NCBI GenBank assembly: GCA_964624885.1
Contig: CAZUZY010000004.1
Span: 1,438 to 65,437, forward strand
From: an uncultured Polyangiales bacterium
GTDB lineage: Bacteria > Myxococcota_A > Polyangia > Polyangiales > JADJMO01
Direction: 5' to 3'
DNA length: 64,000 nucleotides
The position numbers and the translations under genes are program-made. The notes under the pieces were generated by a model. That model was given only the letters and a program-made list of their open reading frames with translations. It did no database searches and was not told the origin of the DNA. This document shows, piece by piece, positions 8,443 through 16,796 of the stretch (within the stretch, counting starts at the first letter, position 1; the number at the start of each line of letters is the position of its first letter).

Positions 8443-9508
8443 GGCAACGGTCCTTGCCTCGCTTGCGGCTTGCGTTGCAGGTCCGTCCGCAACGACCCCG
8501 CCGCGCAACGGAAGACCGACCACATCAAACCATCCACGGACCATCATCATTCCTGGCGCACAGGCCTCCAAAGAGGTTCACGCGAAGCTCAAGAATCGCG
8601 GACTCGTGCTTGTGCGCCAGAAACTCAATGGACTCGAGGTGACGTGCCCGGCCGTCGGGCGGGAGGTCTACGGTGTTGTTGACCTTCCTGCCCCATCTTG
8701 GCTCGAGTTGCCCAAACTGACGGCTGAAGAGCTCGCGGAGAATAGTGACGGCTCGGGCGAACTGTCGGCGCAACGTCTTCGGGTTACGCGTCGGCTGTCT
8801 GCCCGGGTCCCCGTCCCGCTTAGCGACCGTTGGCTTGACCACTGCATAGAGGCCACGCACTACGTTGATCGTATCGATGTGGACGTCGACAAGGGTGGCT
8901 CGGAGATCGTCAGACGTCTGGTTCTCGTACCGATCGGCGCCACGGCTCTGCCGCCTGACTGTCGAGGGGACTTTCGCCTCGCCTCTGATATCCCCGATCT
9001 ATGCGTGAAACGAGCCCCACACACATGCAGGATCGGCGACAAGGACTGCCTCGCGCTGTGTGCCGCGGGAGACGCAGGCTCGTGCGAGCGCGCCTCCAGC
9101 GCAGGCGGTCTGACCTTCGGCAAGCTGACGAAGGAGCAGGCTAGTCTCGCGGAGCAGGCCTGCAATCTAAACTCATCTCATTGCTGTTACCTCGCGACGC
9201 TGCTGACATACGACTCATCGGCCTCACAGCGTATCGAGGATGTCGCCACTGGTGGATGCGCGAACGCACAACACAGCTGCTGTCTGGCCCTGGCGATTGG
9301 TCGCCAGAACGGGGGCGCGAAGGAGGGCTCTTCGGCGGCCTACGCGAGCGCCTGCGAGGCTGGCGCAGAAGGGGCGTGTCTACTCTCAGCACGTGCCGCC
9401 GAGTCGGTGGGCAAGTTCGAACTGGCGCAACGCCACGCAGCCGTCGCCTGTCAGGCCGAGGTTCCAGGAGCATGCGAAGAACTCCGTCGTCTCACCAAGG
9501 TCAAGTGA
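8405..9508 (+). CDS. Lipoprotein with C-terminal Cys-paired Sel1/Hcp-like repeats (ORFan)
   Basis: MLRTARTSVRLAEATVLASLAACVAG provides a signal peptide and lipobox. The C-terminal 160 aa carry repeated A..AC..G...(S/A)C motifs (CLALCAAGDAGSCE, AEQACNLNSSHCC, ATGGCANAQHSCC, ASACEAGAEGAC, AVACQAEVPGAC). GC is about 58 percent. Confidence 0.7.
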   Translation: MLRTARTSVRLAEATVLASLAACVAGPSATTPPRNGRPTTSNHPRTIIIPGAQASKEVHAKLKNRGLVLVRQKLNGLEVTCPAVGREVYGVVDLPAPSWLELPKLTAEELAENSDGSGELSAQRLRVTRRLSARVPVPLSDRWLDHCIEATHYVDRIDVDVDKGGSEIVRRLVLVPIGATALPPDCRGDFRLASDIPDLCVKRAPHTCRIGDKDCLALCAAGDAGSCERASSAGGLTFGKLTKEQASLAEQACNLNSSHCCYLATLLTYDSSASQRIEDVATGGCANAQHSCCLALAIGRQNGGAKEGSSAAYASACEAGAEGACLLSARAAESVGKFELAQRHAAVACQAEVPGACEELRRLTKVK

Positions 9509-9704
9509 CCCGTTTTGATGTCGTCTTGAGCCCGCGGACGACAACGGCGTCGGAACGAGAGGTACTTCAAGACACTCGGTAACGGGTCGAGTTTGCTCGG
9601 CATTCCCTCCTCCGTTCTCCTGGTCGGGCCGTAGGGGCTGACAGCCAATCACGCCAGCCCACGCGCAGCCCGATGGCCCACCTCTCGCCAAGAACTCCGC
9701 CCAC

Positions 9705-10045
9705 TCCGCGCTGGGCTGCGCGGGCTGCCCACGTCCATCCGCGGGGTTGGCCACGCCGCACATCGCCTTGGGCACACACGCGACCCCGCCCGGCCCACGC
9801 GATCCCCATGAATCCTCGCCCCGTCGTCGACAACACTCGGTGGGACAACGTCAGCCCGCGATCAGCCTGCGGCACCGCATCCCGGCCATTTCTTCGCGCG
9901 CTTCGCGCTGGGCTGGCCGGGCTGCCGGCGTCCATCCGCGGGGTTGGCCGCGCCGCTCATCGCCCTCGGCACACACGCAACCCGCACCGGCCCACGCAAA
10001 CCCCCTGAATCCTCGCCCCTTCGTCGACAACATCCGCTGGGACAA
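9705..10045. repeat. Two direct copies of a ~144-bp repeat (9705-9848 and 9902-10045), period 197 bp
   Basis: Base-by-base comparison by hand found about 20 mismatches in 144 and no indels (about 86 percent identity). Both copies contain ATCCGCGGGGTTGGCC, GGCACACACGC, CCGGCCCACGC, TGAATCCTCGCCCC and TCGTCGACAACA. They lie in an 825-bp gap with no credible CDS. Confidence 0.9.
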
Positions 10046-10334
10046 GGCACCGCCGAAGGTGCCGACGGGTGAGGTCGAGCGTCCGCCCAAGTGAGGACGG
10101 AGCCGTTCGGTCGCCGACCTGCGGAGAGCTCGTCCCCGTCGAACGCGTGACCCACCGGGAGGACGGTCGGGCCGTCGGCCTCACCCGCTCGGAGAGAGGG
10201 TAACCGGTTGGCGTCGATGGCCCGGGGGCGAGGTTCTCCTTCGGAGGCCCATCGGGCCCATCGGCGACGCGCCCGTCGTTGCCGCGCACACGCCAGACGC
10301 CTCGCGCAGTGGCGCAGTCCTTCGCCGGTTCAGT

Positions 10335-10736
10335 TCACGTGCGCCGCTTCCGCTGGACGAACGACAGGCCTCCGAAGGCGAGCAGGAAGACGAGGGGTAC
10401 GACGACGACGTAGCTCGCGAGGATGACCCGCACCGAGCCGTCTTCGACCTCGTACCGCGCCAGATCGTCGACGTCGTCCAGCGAACCCTTCGGCGGCTGG
10501 CAGTAGGTCCTCGCGGCCTTGCCGCCGCGGCTACCTCCGTTGACCTTGGTGCCGCCGCGGCTCGCGTACGGACCGTGGCAGCCGTCGCACACTTTCGTGC
10601 ACGTCCACGCGGCGTGGGCGCCCAACCAGGGATCGCTCCCGGAGGCGACGGTGGCGAGCGCATAGAGGGGACCGAGCAGCCCGCCGACGAAGACCGTGAT
10701 CAGAGCCGCCTGGGCGCCGCGCCGAACCATGCTCAT
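10335..10736 (-). CDS. Small two-TM membrane protein with a CxxxCxxC loop
   Basis: The ORF is 10335..10775; I prefer the ATG at 10736 (MSMVRRGAQAALITVFVGGLLGPLYALA). The loop carries WTCTKVCDGCHGP. A second TM (VILASYVVVVPLVFLLAFGGLSF) follows, and the protein ends QRKRRT. Confidence 0.6.
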   Translation of the reverse strand: MSMVRRGAQAALITVFVGGLLGPLYALATVASGSDPWLGAHAAWTCTKVCDGCHGPYASRGGTKVNGGSRGGKAARTYCQPPKGSLDDVDDLARYEVEDGSVRVILASYVVVVPLVFLLAFGGLSFVQRKRRT

Positions 10737-10832
10737 GGACGATCCCTGGCTAAGCGCGGGGAGATCGCCCGGCAAGCGCTGCGCTCCGCGAAGTCGTCCA
10801 CGTGGAGTGACGCCCGCTGCGTCCCACTCCGT

Positions 10833-11399
10833 TCAGTCGTGCTTGTTCAAGGTCACCGCAAAGCTGCCCTTCAGCGCGCCCTTCGACGATCCGCAGCCGC
10901 TCTGCCACTCGAGCTCGAAGGAGCCCCGGACACGCCGCTCTCCGGCCGACCACTCCGTGACTTCGATCGCTCCTCGCGCGCCGCCGTACGAGGTGATGGG
11001 TGTCTGCGAGCTCACGCCGCAGAGGGGACTCGTCGCCGCGAGCTGGACGCGACTGCCGGGCGGCGCAACCCCCACACGCACGTTCGCGAGCTGGAGCGTG
11101 AGGGTGAAGCCTTGACCCTCACAGCTGATCAAGGCCAACCCGGACGGCCACAGGATGGCTGTCGCCGGGTCGATCATGCGGTCGCCGAACACCGTGCAGG
11201 AGAGCTCGACGCTCTTGCCGGAGACCGAGCCCGTGGCGACGAGTCCCGTCGTCACCGTGCTCGTCGCCGTCGAAGCGCTCGTGGGCACGGCGACCGGGGC
11301 AACCACGCTGACGCTCGCTGCAGGGTTGGAGGACCGCGCCACCGTCGGAGCAGGCGCGCACGCGCCGATCCAGAGGGCCAGGCTCGCCACGAACTTCAT
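10833..11399 (-). CDS. Lipoprotein, function unknown
   Basis: This is the C-terminal part of the artefactual 865-aa ORF 10833..13430. The in-frame ATG at 11399 gives MKFVASLALWIGACAP (signal peptide plus lipobox), then a T/S/V-rich linker and a beta-rich domain with paired Cys residues. Confidence 0.75.
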   Translation of the reverse strand: MKFVASLALWIGACAPAPTVARSSNPAASVSVVAPVAVPTSASTATSTVTTGLVATGSVSGKSVELSCTVFGDRMIDPATAILWPSGLALISCEGQGFTLTLQLANVRVGVAPPGSRVQLAATSPLCGVSSQTPITSYGGARGAIEVTEWSAGERRVRGSFELEWQSGCGSSKGALKGSFAVTLNKHD

Positions 11400-11432
11400 C
11401 GAGGCATCATAGGTGCGCCCGACGCGCCGAGC

Positions 11433-11912
11433 ATGGCCTACGATGGGCAGGTGAGGCGCCCCGAAGCGGACCTGGTCCTCCCCGCCACGCTGCGGCGCCT
11501 GCTCCGCGCCCGCGACCGCCTGCGCGACGCGCCCGCGGAGGCACCCTCGCTCGCGGACCTCGCCGCCGACGCGCACATGTCGCGCGAGCACTTCCTCCGC
11601 GCCTTCGCGCGCGCCTTCGGCCGCACCCCGCGAGACTTCGTCGTCGACCTGCGGCTCGAGCACGCCAAGCGCGACCTGGCTCGGGGCGCCTCGGTGACCG
11701 AGGCCTGCCTCACGGCCGGCTACGCGAGCCTCGGCACGTTCAGCCGCACCTTCTCCGGCCGCGTCGGCGTGTCGCCGCGCGACTGGCAGCGTCGCGTGCG
11801 CACCGTCCTCCCGAGCGCGGAGCTCTGGCCCGCGGTGTGGATCCCTGGGTGCTTCCTCGATCACCACGCGGCGGTCACTTTCGGAGAAGCACCCATCCGC
11901 AGCGCGTCCTAG
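11433..11912 (+). CDS. AraC-family HTH transcriptional regulator (short form)
   Basis: This is the C-terminal part of ORF 10575..11912, starting at the in-frame ATG at 11433. SLADLAADAHMSREHFLRAFARAFGRTPRDFVVDLRLEHAKRDL...VTEACLTAGYASLGTFSRTFSGRVGVSPRDW is a double AraC HTH. Confidence 0.85.
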   Translation: MAYDGQVRRPEADLVLPATLRRLLRARDRLRDAPAEAPSLADLAADAHMSREHFLRAFARAFGRTPRDFVVDLRLEHAKRDLARGASVTEACLTAGYASLGTFSRTFSGRVGVSPRDWQRRVRTVLPSAELWPAVWIPGCFLDHHAAVTFGEAPIRSAS

Positions 11913-11921
11913 CCTGCCGGC

Positions 11922-12329
11922 ATGATCCTCAAGCAGAGCCACTCCACCCTCTACGTGTTCGACCAGGAGCGCGCCAAGGCGTTCTACACCGAGAAGCTCG
12001 GCTTCGAGGTGCGCGAGGACGCCACGCTCGGCGCGTTCCGCTGGCTGACCGTGGCCCCCAAGACCCAGCCCGATCACTGCATGATCCTGATGGCGCTCAC
12101 CGCGGGACAGTTCATGGATCAAGCCACCGTCGACGCGCTCGGCGAGCTCGTGAAGCGCGGCAAGCTGGGCGGGGGTGTCCTGCAGTGCGACGACATCCAG
12201 CGCACCTACGAGGAGCTCCGCGCCAAGGGCGTGGAGTTCAAGGGCCCGCCGCGCCAGATGCCGTACGGCGTCGAGGCGATGTTCGTCGACGACTCCGGCA
12301 ACTTCTTCTCGCTCGGCGAGAAGAAGTGA
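11922..12329 (+). CDS. VOC (glyoxalase/bleomycin-resistance/dioxygenase) family protein
   Basis: 135 aa. HSTLYVFDQERAKAFYTEKLGFEV...FRWLTV and VEFKGPPRQMPYGVEAMFVDDSGNFFSL are typical VOC beta-alpha-beta modules. It starts 10 nt after the AraC gene. Confidence 0.85.
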   Translation: MILKQSHSTLYVFDQERAKAFYTEKLGFEVREDATLGAFRWLTVAPKTQPDHCMILMALTAGQFMDQATVDALGELVKRGKLGGGVLQCDDIQRTYEELRAKGVEFKGPPRQMPYGVEAMFVDDSGNFFSLGEKK

Positions 12330-12377
12330 ACGTGGCCTCGACGCCCTCGAGCCTCCGACCAGCGGCGGAGGATCGGT

Positions 12378-13187
12378 ATGCTGGTCCGCGTGCGCTCCTT
12401 CCGCTCCGCGTTGGTGCTGTTCTTCGTCGCGTGCACGTCGCGTGAGGCCGTCGAGCCTGCGCCCGAAGCCGGGACCTGCACCGATCTGTTCGGCGTCCCC
12501 AACGAGAAGACCGGTCTCGACGACGCGACCTGTCGACCGACGTGCGGCTGCGGCGATGCCGCCTGGATCGCGCCCACGTGGACTCCCGATCGGATCGCCG
12601 AGCTGCGCTCGTGGACGCTCCTCGATCCCCCCGCCGAGCTCACCGCGGACCCGTACGCCTCCCCTCCGACCACCCCGAGTGGGGTGTGCGCCGTGCAGGT
12701 CGTCGACCGCGCGAAGAAGACCTACCGGCTGGCCTCGTTCGCCACGCGCGCCGAGGCCACGGCGAGCGGCGCGACCATGACCCACGACGACCACTGCGGG
12801 CTCTGCTCCTCCCTCGCCGACCTCGCCGTGTACGCCAGCCAGCCCGATCTCACAGATCCTGTGCGGAGCTGCGGCCTCGACGCCGGCACCGACCTCGAGA
12901 AGAACGTCGTGTGTCTGCAGAAGCTGGGCTTCACCCGGCCGTGCGCGCAGATCTGGGCCTACAACACGCGCAACACCCGCGCCCAGTGCTTCGGCCTCTG
13001 CCTGTCGCTGCTCACGGCGCCCTACCACCAAGAGGACGGTGGCTTGAACGCCTGCCTCCTCTGCGACGAGCAGAAGAGCGGGCCGGTGTTCAAGGCCATC
13101 GCGGGGAGGACCCGCCGCAACACCGGCGTGCCCTCCTCCATGTGTCGTCCCTGCGCGGAGGTGGTGCGCCTCGAGCACCGCTACTGA
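12378..13187 (+). CDS. Cys-rich lipoprotein, function unknown
   Basis: MLVRVRSFRSALVLFFVACTS provides a lipobox. The mature part contains 17 further Cys residues (TCRPTCGCG, HCGLC, ACLLCDEQ, MCRPC). Confidence 0.75.
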   Translation: MLVRVRSFRSALVLFFVACTSREAVEPAPEAGTCTDLFGVPNEKTGLDDATCRPTCGCGDAAWIAPTWTPDRIAELRSWTLLDPPAELTADPYASPPTTPSGVCAVQVVDRAKKTYRLASFATRAEATASGATMTHDDHCGLCSSLADLAVYASQPDLTDPVRSCGLDAGTDLEKNVVCLQKLGFTRPCAQIWAYNTRNTRAQCFGLCLSLLTAPYHQEDGGLNACLLCDEQKSGPVFKAIAGRTRRNTGVPSSMCRPCAEVVRLEHRY

Positions 13188-13378
13188 ACACGGCCACACA
13201 ATCCCTGACGATTCCTGTACACGCACGCCTGGGCCTCGCGCCACGAACCACGCCCGCATGCGGCCTGACGCCCGCGGCACGCCCCCGTGGCAACACTGTG
13301 CACGCCATCGTCGACTCGAGGACCTGGACCACGGCGTCGCACGTTGCTCGGCCGCGCGACGCCTGATATCCCCCGCCG

Positions 13379-13774
13379 ATGCTCCGGCACGCGTCCGTCG
13401 CCCTCGCCCTCGTGATTCTCCCCGTCGCATGCGGCTGCAAGAACGCCGACGACAAGGCCACCACCGGTGACGACGCGGTCCGCCTCCCCGAGGAGGGCAA
13501 GGCGACGGTCAAGGTGGGACAGCGCCTTCGCTACGCGTCACCGCACCACGGATCGGTGGGCATCGACTCCTCCGTCGCCGTCGAGGGCAAGGCGGTGACC
13601 TTCGAGAAGAGCGAGGTCGTGCTCGACGCCAAGAACCCCGCCCCGGGCGGCGACGCGGGACGCAAGATCCACACGTTCAAGGCCACCGCTGCCGGCGATG
13701 CGACGATCGTGGTGACTCGCGTTTATCGCGGGAAGGACGAGGAGAAGAAGACGGTCGTCGTCCACGTCGAGTGA
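13379..13774 (+). CDS. Small lipoprotein, possibly a chagasin/I42-like beta-sandwich
   Basis: MLRHASVALALVILPVACGC provides a lipobox. The size is 131 aa. The overall pattern (VKVGQRLRYASP...GSVG, FKATAAGDATIVVTRVYRG) resembles peptidase-inhibitor I42 proteins; that family call is weak. Confidence 0.7.
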   Translation: MLRHASVALALVILPVACGCKNADDKATTGDDAVRLPEEGKATVKVGQRLRYASPHHGSVGIDSSVAVEGKAVTFEKSEVVLDAKNPAPGGDAGRKIHTFKATAAGDATIVVTRVYRGKDEEKKTVVVHVE

Positions 13775-13899
13775 GCGAGGCGGTGTCGTGAGGGAAGCCG
13801 TCGCTCAGCGCGTCTCCACTTCCACGCTGCCCTTGGATCCCGCCAGCCGGACCGCTCTCGGGTTGCGGTGCGGGCGCGGCGGCCGGGGGCGTGCCGCAT

Positions 13900-13923
13900 A
13901 CGCGGTGTCGCGTGTCACCGCGT
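13900..13923. terminator. Candidate hairpin between convergent genes
   Basis: ACGCGGTG-tcgcgtgt-CACCGCGT forms an 8-bp perfect stem. It lies in the 233-bp gap between the 13379..13774 (+) and 14008..14799 (-) genes. No U-tract follows. Confidence 0.3.
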
Positions 13924-14007
13924 CGATCCGACGCGCGGCGGCGTGTTGACCCTCCTCGCCACCGACCCTCGCTCACGGCGCGCGTCGTGCTCTCGCCGAG
14001 ATCCCCG

Positions 14008-14799
14008 TCAGGGCAGGTCGACGAGGATGGACGTGAGGGTGCGTTGCGACACCACGCCCGTCTTGAGTCCAGCGCCCCCCGCGACGACGACCGGCGTCTC
14101 GAAGACGGTCGGGCGAGCTCGGTACGAACCCTTCGGCAGACGAGCGATGGCCTCGGGCGGAAGGCGGCCGGTGCCAGCGGAAGCCGCGTATGCGCAGGTC
14201 AGTTGGGTGAAGGTCGGGGTGTCGAGCGTCGGCTGGAGCAACACCGACAAGGTGCCCGTCCCACCCGTCCATCGAGCGATGGGCGGACTCTCGCTGAGGG
14301 TGCACTTGTCCTTTGCTCCGGATGGGCAGCCGCCGAGACTGGTGAACTGCACCGGTGAGGGCACCACGACCGACAGATCGAAGGGAGCAACGACGGCGCT
14401 GCCCGCGCCGATCAACCGCACGACCTCGCCGCTCTTGAAGTCGCCGGCCTGGATCAGCCGCGCGTAGCCGCTCGTCACGGGGATCTCGACCGCATCGCCG
14501 ATCGACGGGCTCGAGGCCGTGAGCCGCCCCGGGTCGACCGGGGTCGCTGGTGTGCCCGCCACCTTCTCGCAGACGGAGAGAGAGCAGCCCCCGACCTTCT
14601 CCACCGTGCACTTCTGGCTCGGGGTCCCGCCGGTGGCGACGGCTCCCATCACCAGACGCTCGGCGCCCCCGTTCGCGAACACCAGGAGGGTCAAGTCCGC
14701 CGACAACGTCGGTGGTGCCACCGGGTCGGAGCCCGTGGGTGCGGCCTCGCTGGAGCAACCGAGGCAGACGCTGACGACGAGCAGGAGGGGGTGCCGCAT
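14008..14799 (-). CDS. Lipoprotein, function unknown
   Basis: The ORF is 14008..14937. The in-frame ATG at 14799 gives MRHPLLLVVSVCLGCSS (lipobox). The rest is a beta-rich mature domain. Confidence 0.75.
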   Translation of the reverse strand: MRHPLLLVVSVCLGCSSEAAPTGSDPVAPPTLSADLTLLVFANGGAERLVMGAVATGGTPSQKCTVEKVGGCSLSVCEKVAGTPATPVDPGRLTASSPSIGDAVEIPVTSGYARLIQAGDFKSGEVVRLIGAGSAVVAPFDLSVVVPSPVQFTSLGGCPSGAKDKCTLSESPPIARWTGGTGTLSVLLQPTLDTPTFTQLTCAYAASAGTGRLPPEAIARLPKGSYRARPTVFETPVVVAGGAGLKTGVVSQRTLTSILVDLP

Positions 14800-14952
14800 G
14801 GGGCGATTACACTCGGCACGACCCACGGCTGGCAACCCGCGTTCGATGCTCCTTCCGTCGACATCCTGCGCTCGCGCTGTGGTTCCGCGTTGGCAGGGAC
14901 CACGCGCGTGGTGACGGACAGGGGGTCTACGCGGCATGACGACACCGCTGCG

Positions 14953-15873
14953 TCACGGCGGCGTCCTCGGACGAGCCGTGATGTCGGGCTCCTCGGTCAG
15001 CTGGGACGCGAGCCACGCGATGCCGATGAGTACGGCGCTCGCGGTCGTCGCGACCCAGGCGCTGCTCCACGTGTCTGCCGGCGCTCTGAGCCACATTCGC
15101 ACCTGAGTCACCGCCACGAACACGAGATACCACTGGAAGGGGATACCCAGCATCAGGAGGACGACAACCCGCTGGTCCGCGGAGCCGAGCGCATTTTCCG
15201 CCGCGTCCGCTCGTCTCGCACGCATCCGACGACGCACCAACAGCACAAGGCCCGCTCCGGCAGCGAGCGTCGCGAGCGCGACGATCGGCACGGCCTCCCC
15301 CACCGGACTGCCCAGGAGTGCGGGCATCGTCACCGCGGACACCCACGCGAGACCGAGCGCGAGCGCAGCACCGCCGTCCCCGAGCACCTCCCTCCGCGGG
15401 AGTGGTCGGGGTTCGACCCACACCTCTGGCTTGTACGTCGCCGGGTCGGATGGCAACCCCAGCGCCGACTCGATCTCGTGCTTCAGGCGAGACAGTCGGT
15501 GATGGAACTCACTCTGGTACTCCACCGTGACCCGTGTGCCTGAAGCGTCTTCGACGAGCCGCCAGCGCTCCGTGGTGATCATGCCACCGCTGCCCCACGA
15601 GGAGCTGTAGCGGATGGCCAGCTGGTGAGGCCGCTCGTACTCCGTGCGGGTGACTTGGTGGGTTTGACCGATATTGGCGTAGTAGCGGATCCAGAAAGTT
15701 GGGATCAACTTGATCTGAATGGAGTAGCGATGGCCGACCCGGTGTGGCAGCGGATCGCTCGACTCGAGCCGGGCCGTGCAATTGGGCGGTGGCACCAGGT
15801 GTTGCCGGGGGTCATCGATCCAGTCGAAGACGTAGGTGGCCGGGGCCGAGATGTGGATCGTCTCCCGAGGCAT
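14953..15873 (-). CDS. SRPBCC (polyketide cyclase/START-like) domain protein with C-terminal TM helices
   Basis: The ORF is 14953..15957; I prefer the ATG at 15873 (MPRETIHISAPATYVFDWIDDP). The N-terminal 150 aa look SRPBCC-like. The C-terminal half has 4 hydrophobic helices. Confidence 0.7.
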   Translation of the reverse strand: MPRETIHISAPATYVFDWIDDPRQHLVPPPNCTARLESSDPLPHRVGHRYSIQIKLIPTFWIRYYANIGQTHQVTRTEYERPHQLAIRYSSSWGSGGMITTERWRLVEDASGTRVTVEYQSEFHHRLSRLKHEIESALGLPSDPATYKPEVWVEPRPLPRREVLGDGGAALALGLAWVSAVTMPALLGSPVGEAVPIVALATLAAGAGLVLLVRRRMRARRADAAENALGSADQRVVVLLMLGIPFQWYLVFVAVTQVRMWLRAPADTWSSAWVATTASAVLIGIAWLASQLTEEPDITARPRTPP

Positions 15874-16011
15874 CGGCTCGTGAGGGTGAGTCCGCCCAGA
15901 GGCCCTCGCGTTTCGAACGCTCGCGACCGGGTCGGCGAGCGCAGCAGCGCCGACCACACTGCATTCTGGCCATTCTTCTGCCCCCCCTCGTGGCTAGGCT
16001 GCGGTCTTCCC

Positions 16012-16796
16012 GTGACCGACCCTCGATCTCCGCACGCCTATCGGGACGAGGCCACCGACGGCGAGCCGGACACCGCGCTGCTCGTGTACGACAGCGAGGA
16101 GGAGACGCGCCGCAGTCGCGGCGGCGCCTGGCTCTTGATCGCCATCGCGCTGGTCCCGGTGGCGTATGGTCTCGTCGGGATCGGACAGAGCACCCGGCTG
16201 GCCGAATCGGTGGGCTCGGCGAGCATCGTGGTGTTCGGTGTCCTGTCCCTCCTGGTCTTCTACCAGTGGCGACGGCGCACAGAGGAGAGACGCCTGCGGG
16301 TGGAGTTCTCGCCCTCGTGCGGGAGGAGGACGGCGAGCGGGTGAGGATCCCCTGGTCCGACGTCACCAGCGTCCGCAACCGCGTGACCAGCAACCCGTCG
16401 GCTCGCCGGATCGAGCACGAGCATGTCGTCCACTATGGTCACGGTGGGGTGCTGAGCCTGACGGGGGAGAGCCCAGCCCTGGAAGAGGTGCACGCGCGAC
16501 TCGTGGACGGCGTGGCCCGCCACCTCCTGCCGCGGATGTTGGCGACGCTCCTCGAAGGAGAGACCGTCCACGCGCGGCCGTTCTCGATGACCCTCGACCA
16601 TCTGGCCTTCGGCCCGGAGCGACGCGCCTGGGCAGATCTGGTGGACGTGTCGCTCCACGCGGACGTGCTGACGCTCCGCGACTCGAAGGGGGTCTGGCTC
16701 GAGCGTCCCCTCGAAGATCTCGACAACGGCATCGCGGTGGCCGCCATCGCCGAACGGATGATCGAGCGCGCTGCGGAGGGACCGTCGGGACCCTAG
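16012..16796 (+). pseudogene. Two-TM, PH-like membrane protein; the reading frame appears broken near 16305-16320 (frameshift or assembly indel)
   Basis: Frame 1 from the GTG at 16012 encodes two TM helices (GGAWLLIAIALVPVAYGLVGI, SIVVFGVLSLLVFY), then WRRRTEERRLRVEFS, and stops at 16344. Frame 0 continues from about 16308 as ALVREEDGERVRIPWSDVTSV... to 16796. Joined, they read like one bPH-type protein. An alternative is a separate GTG start at 16316. Confidence 0.45.

Noticed and set aside
4567-9508. Reading the integrase-linked cargo as a tiny integrated virus, with the two-halved beta protein as a double-jelly-roll capsid
   Set aside because: There is no packaging ATPase, replication initiator or any other virion or replication gene in the 5-kb unit. 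The idea rests only on size and internal duplication, so it is kept as a fold question under the 6770..7561 finding.
9705-10045. CRISPR array interpretation of the direct repeats
   Set aside because: There are only two copies. The units are 144 bp and diverged (about 86 percent identity). They are separated by 53 bp, and no cas genes are present. This is not CRISPR-like geometry.
9673-10094. ORFs 9673..10008 and 9747..10094, which translate the 144-bp repeats into a repeated RWA.RAA.VHPRGWPRR peptide
   Set aside because: The repeat period is 197 bp, not divisible by three, so the two copies are read in different frames by different ORFs. The composition is Pro/Arg/Ala-rich. There is no start context. 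I treat the region as non-coding.
4448-10330. tRNA or tmRNA gene as the integration target of the tyrosine integrase
   Set aside because: I scanned both junction regions and the 9.5-10.3 kb gap for T-arm-like GGTTCGAATCC-type strings and cloverleaf potential and found none. ggttcgggctc at about 4507 lacks matching acceptor and anticodon stems.
10833-13430. 865-aa minus-strand ORF, plus similar composite ORFs 10575..11912, 19460..21748, 20110..22536, 27081..28814, 29290..30951, 39436..42633 and 55520..57892
   Set aside because: Only the 3' portions are genes, each beginning at an internal start with a signal peptide or a domain start. The 5' extensions run antisense or out of frame through neighbouring, better-supported genes.
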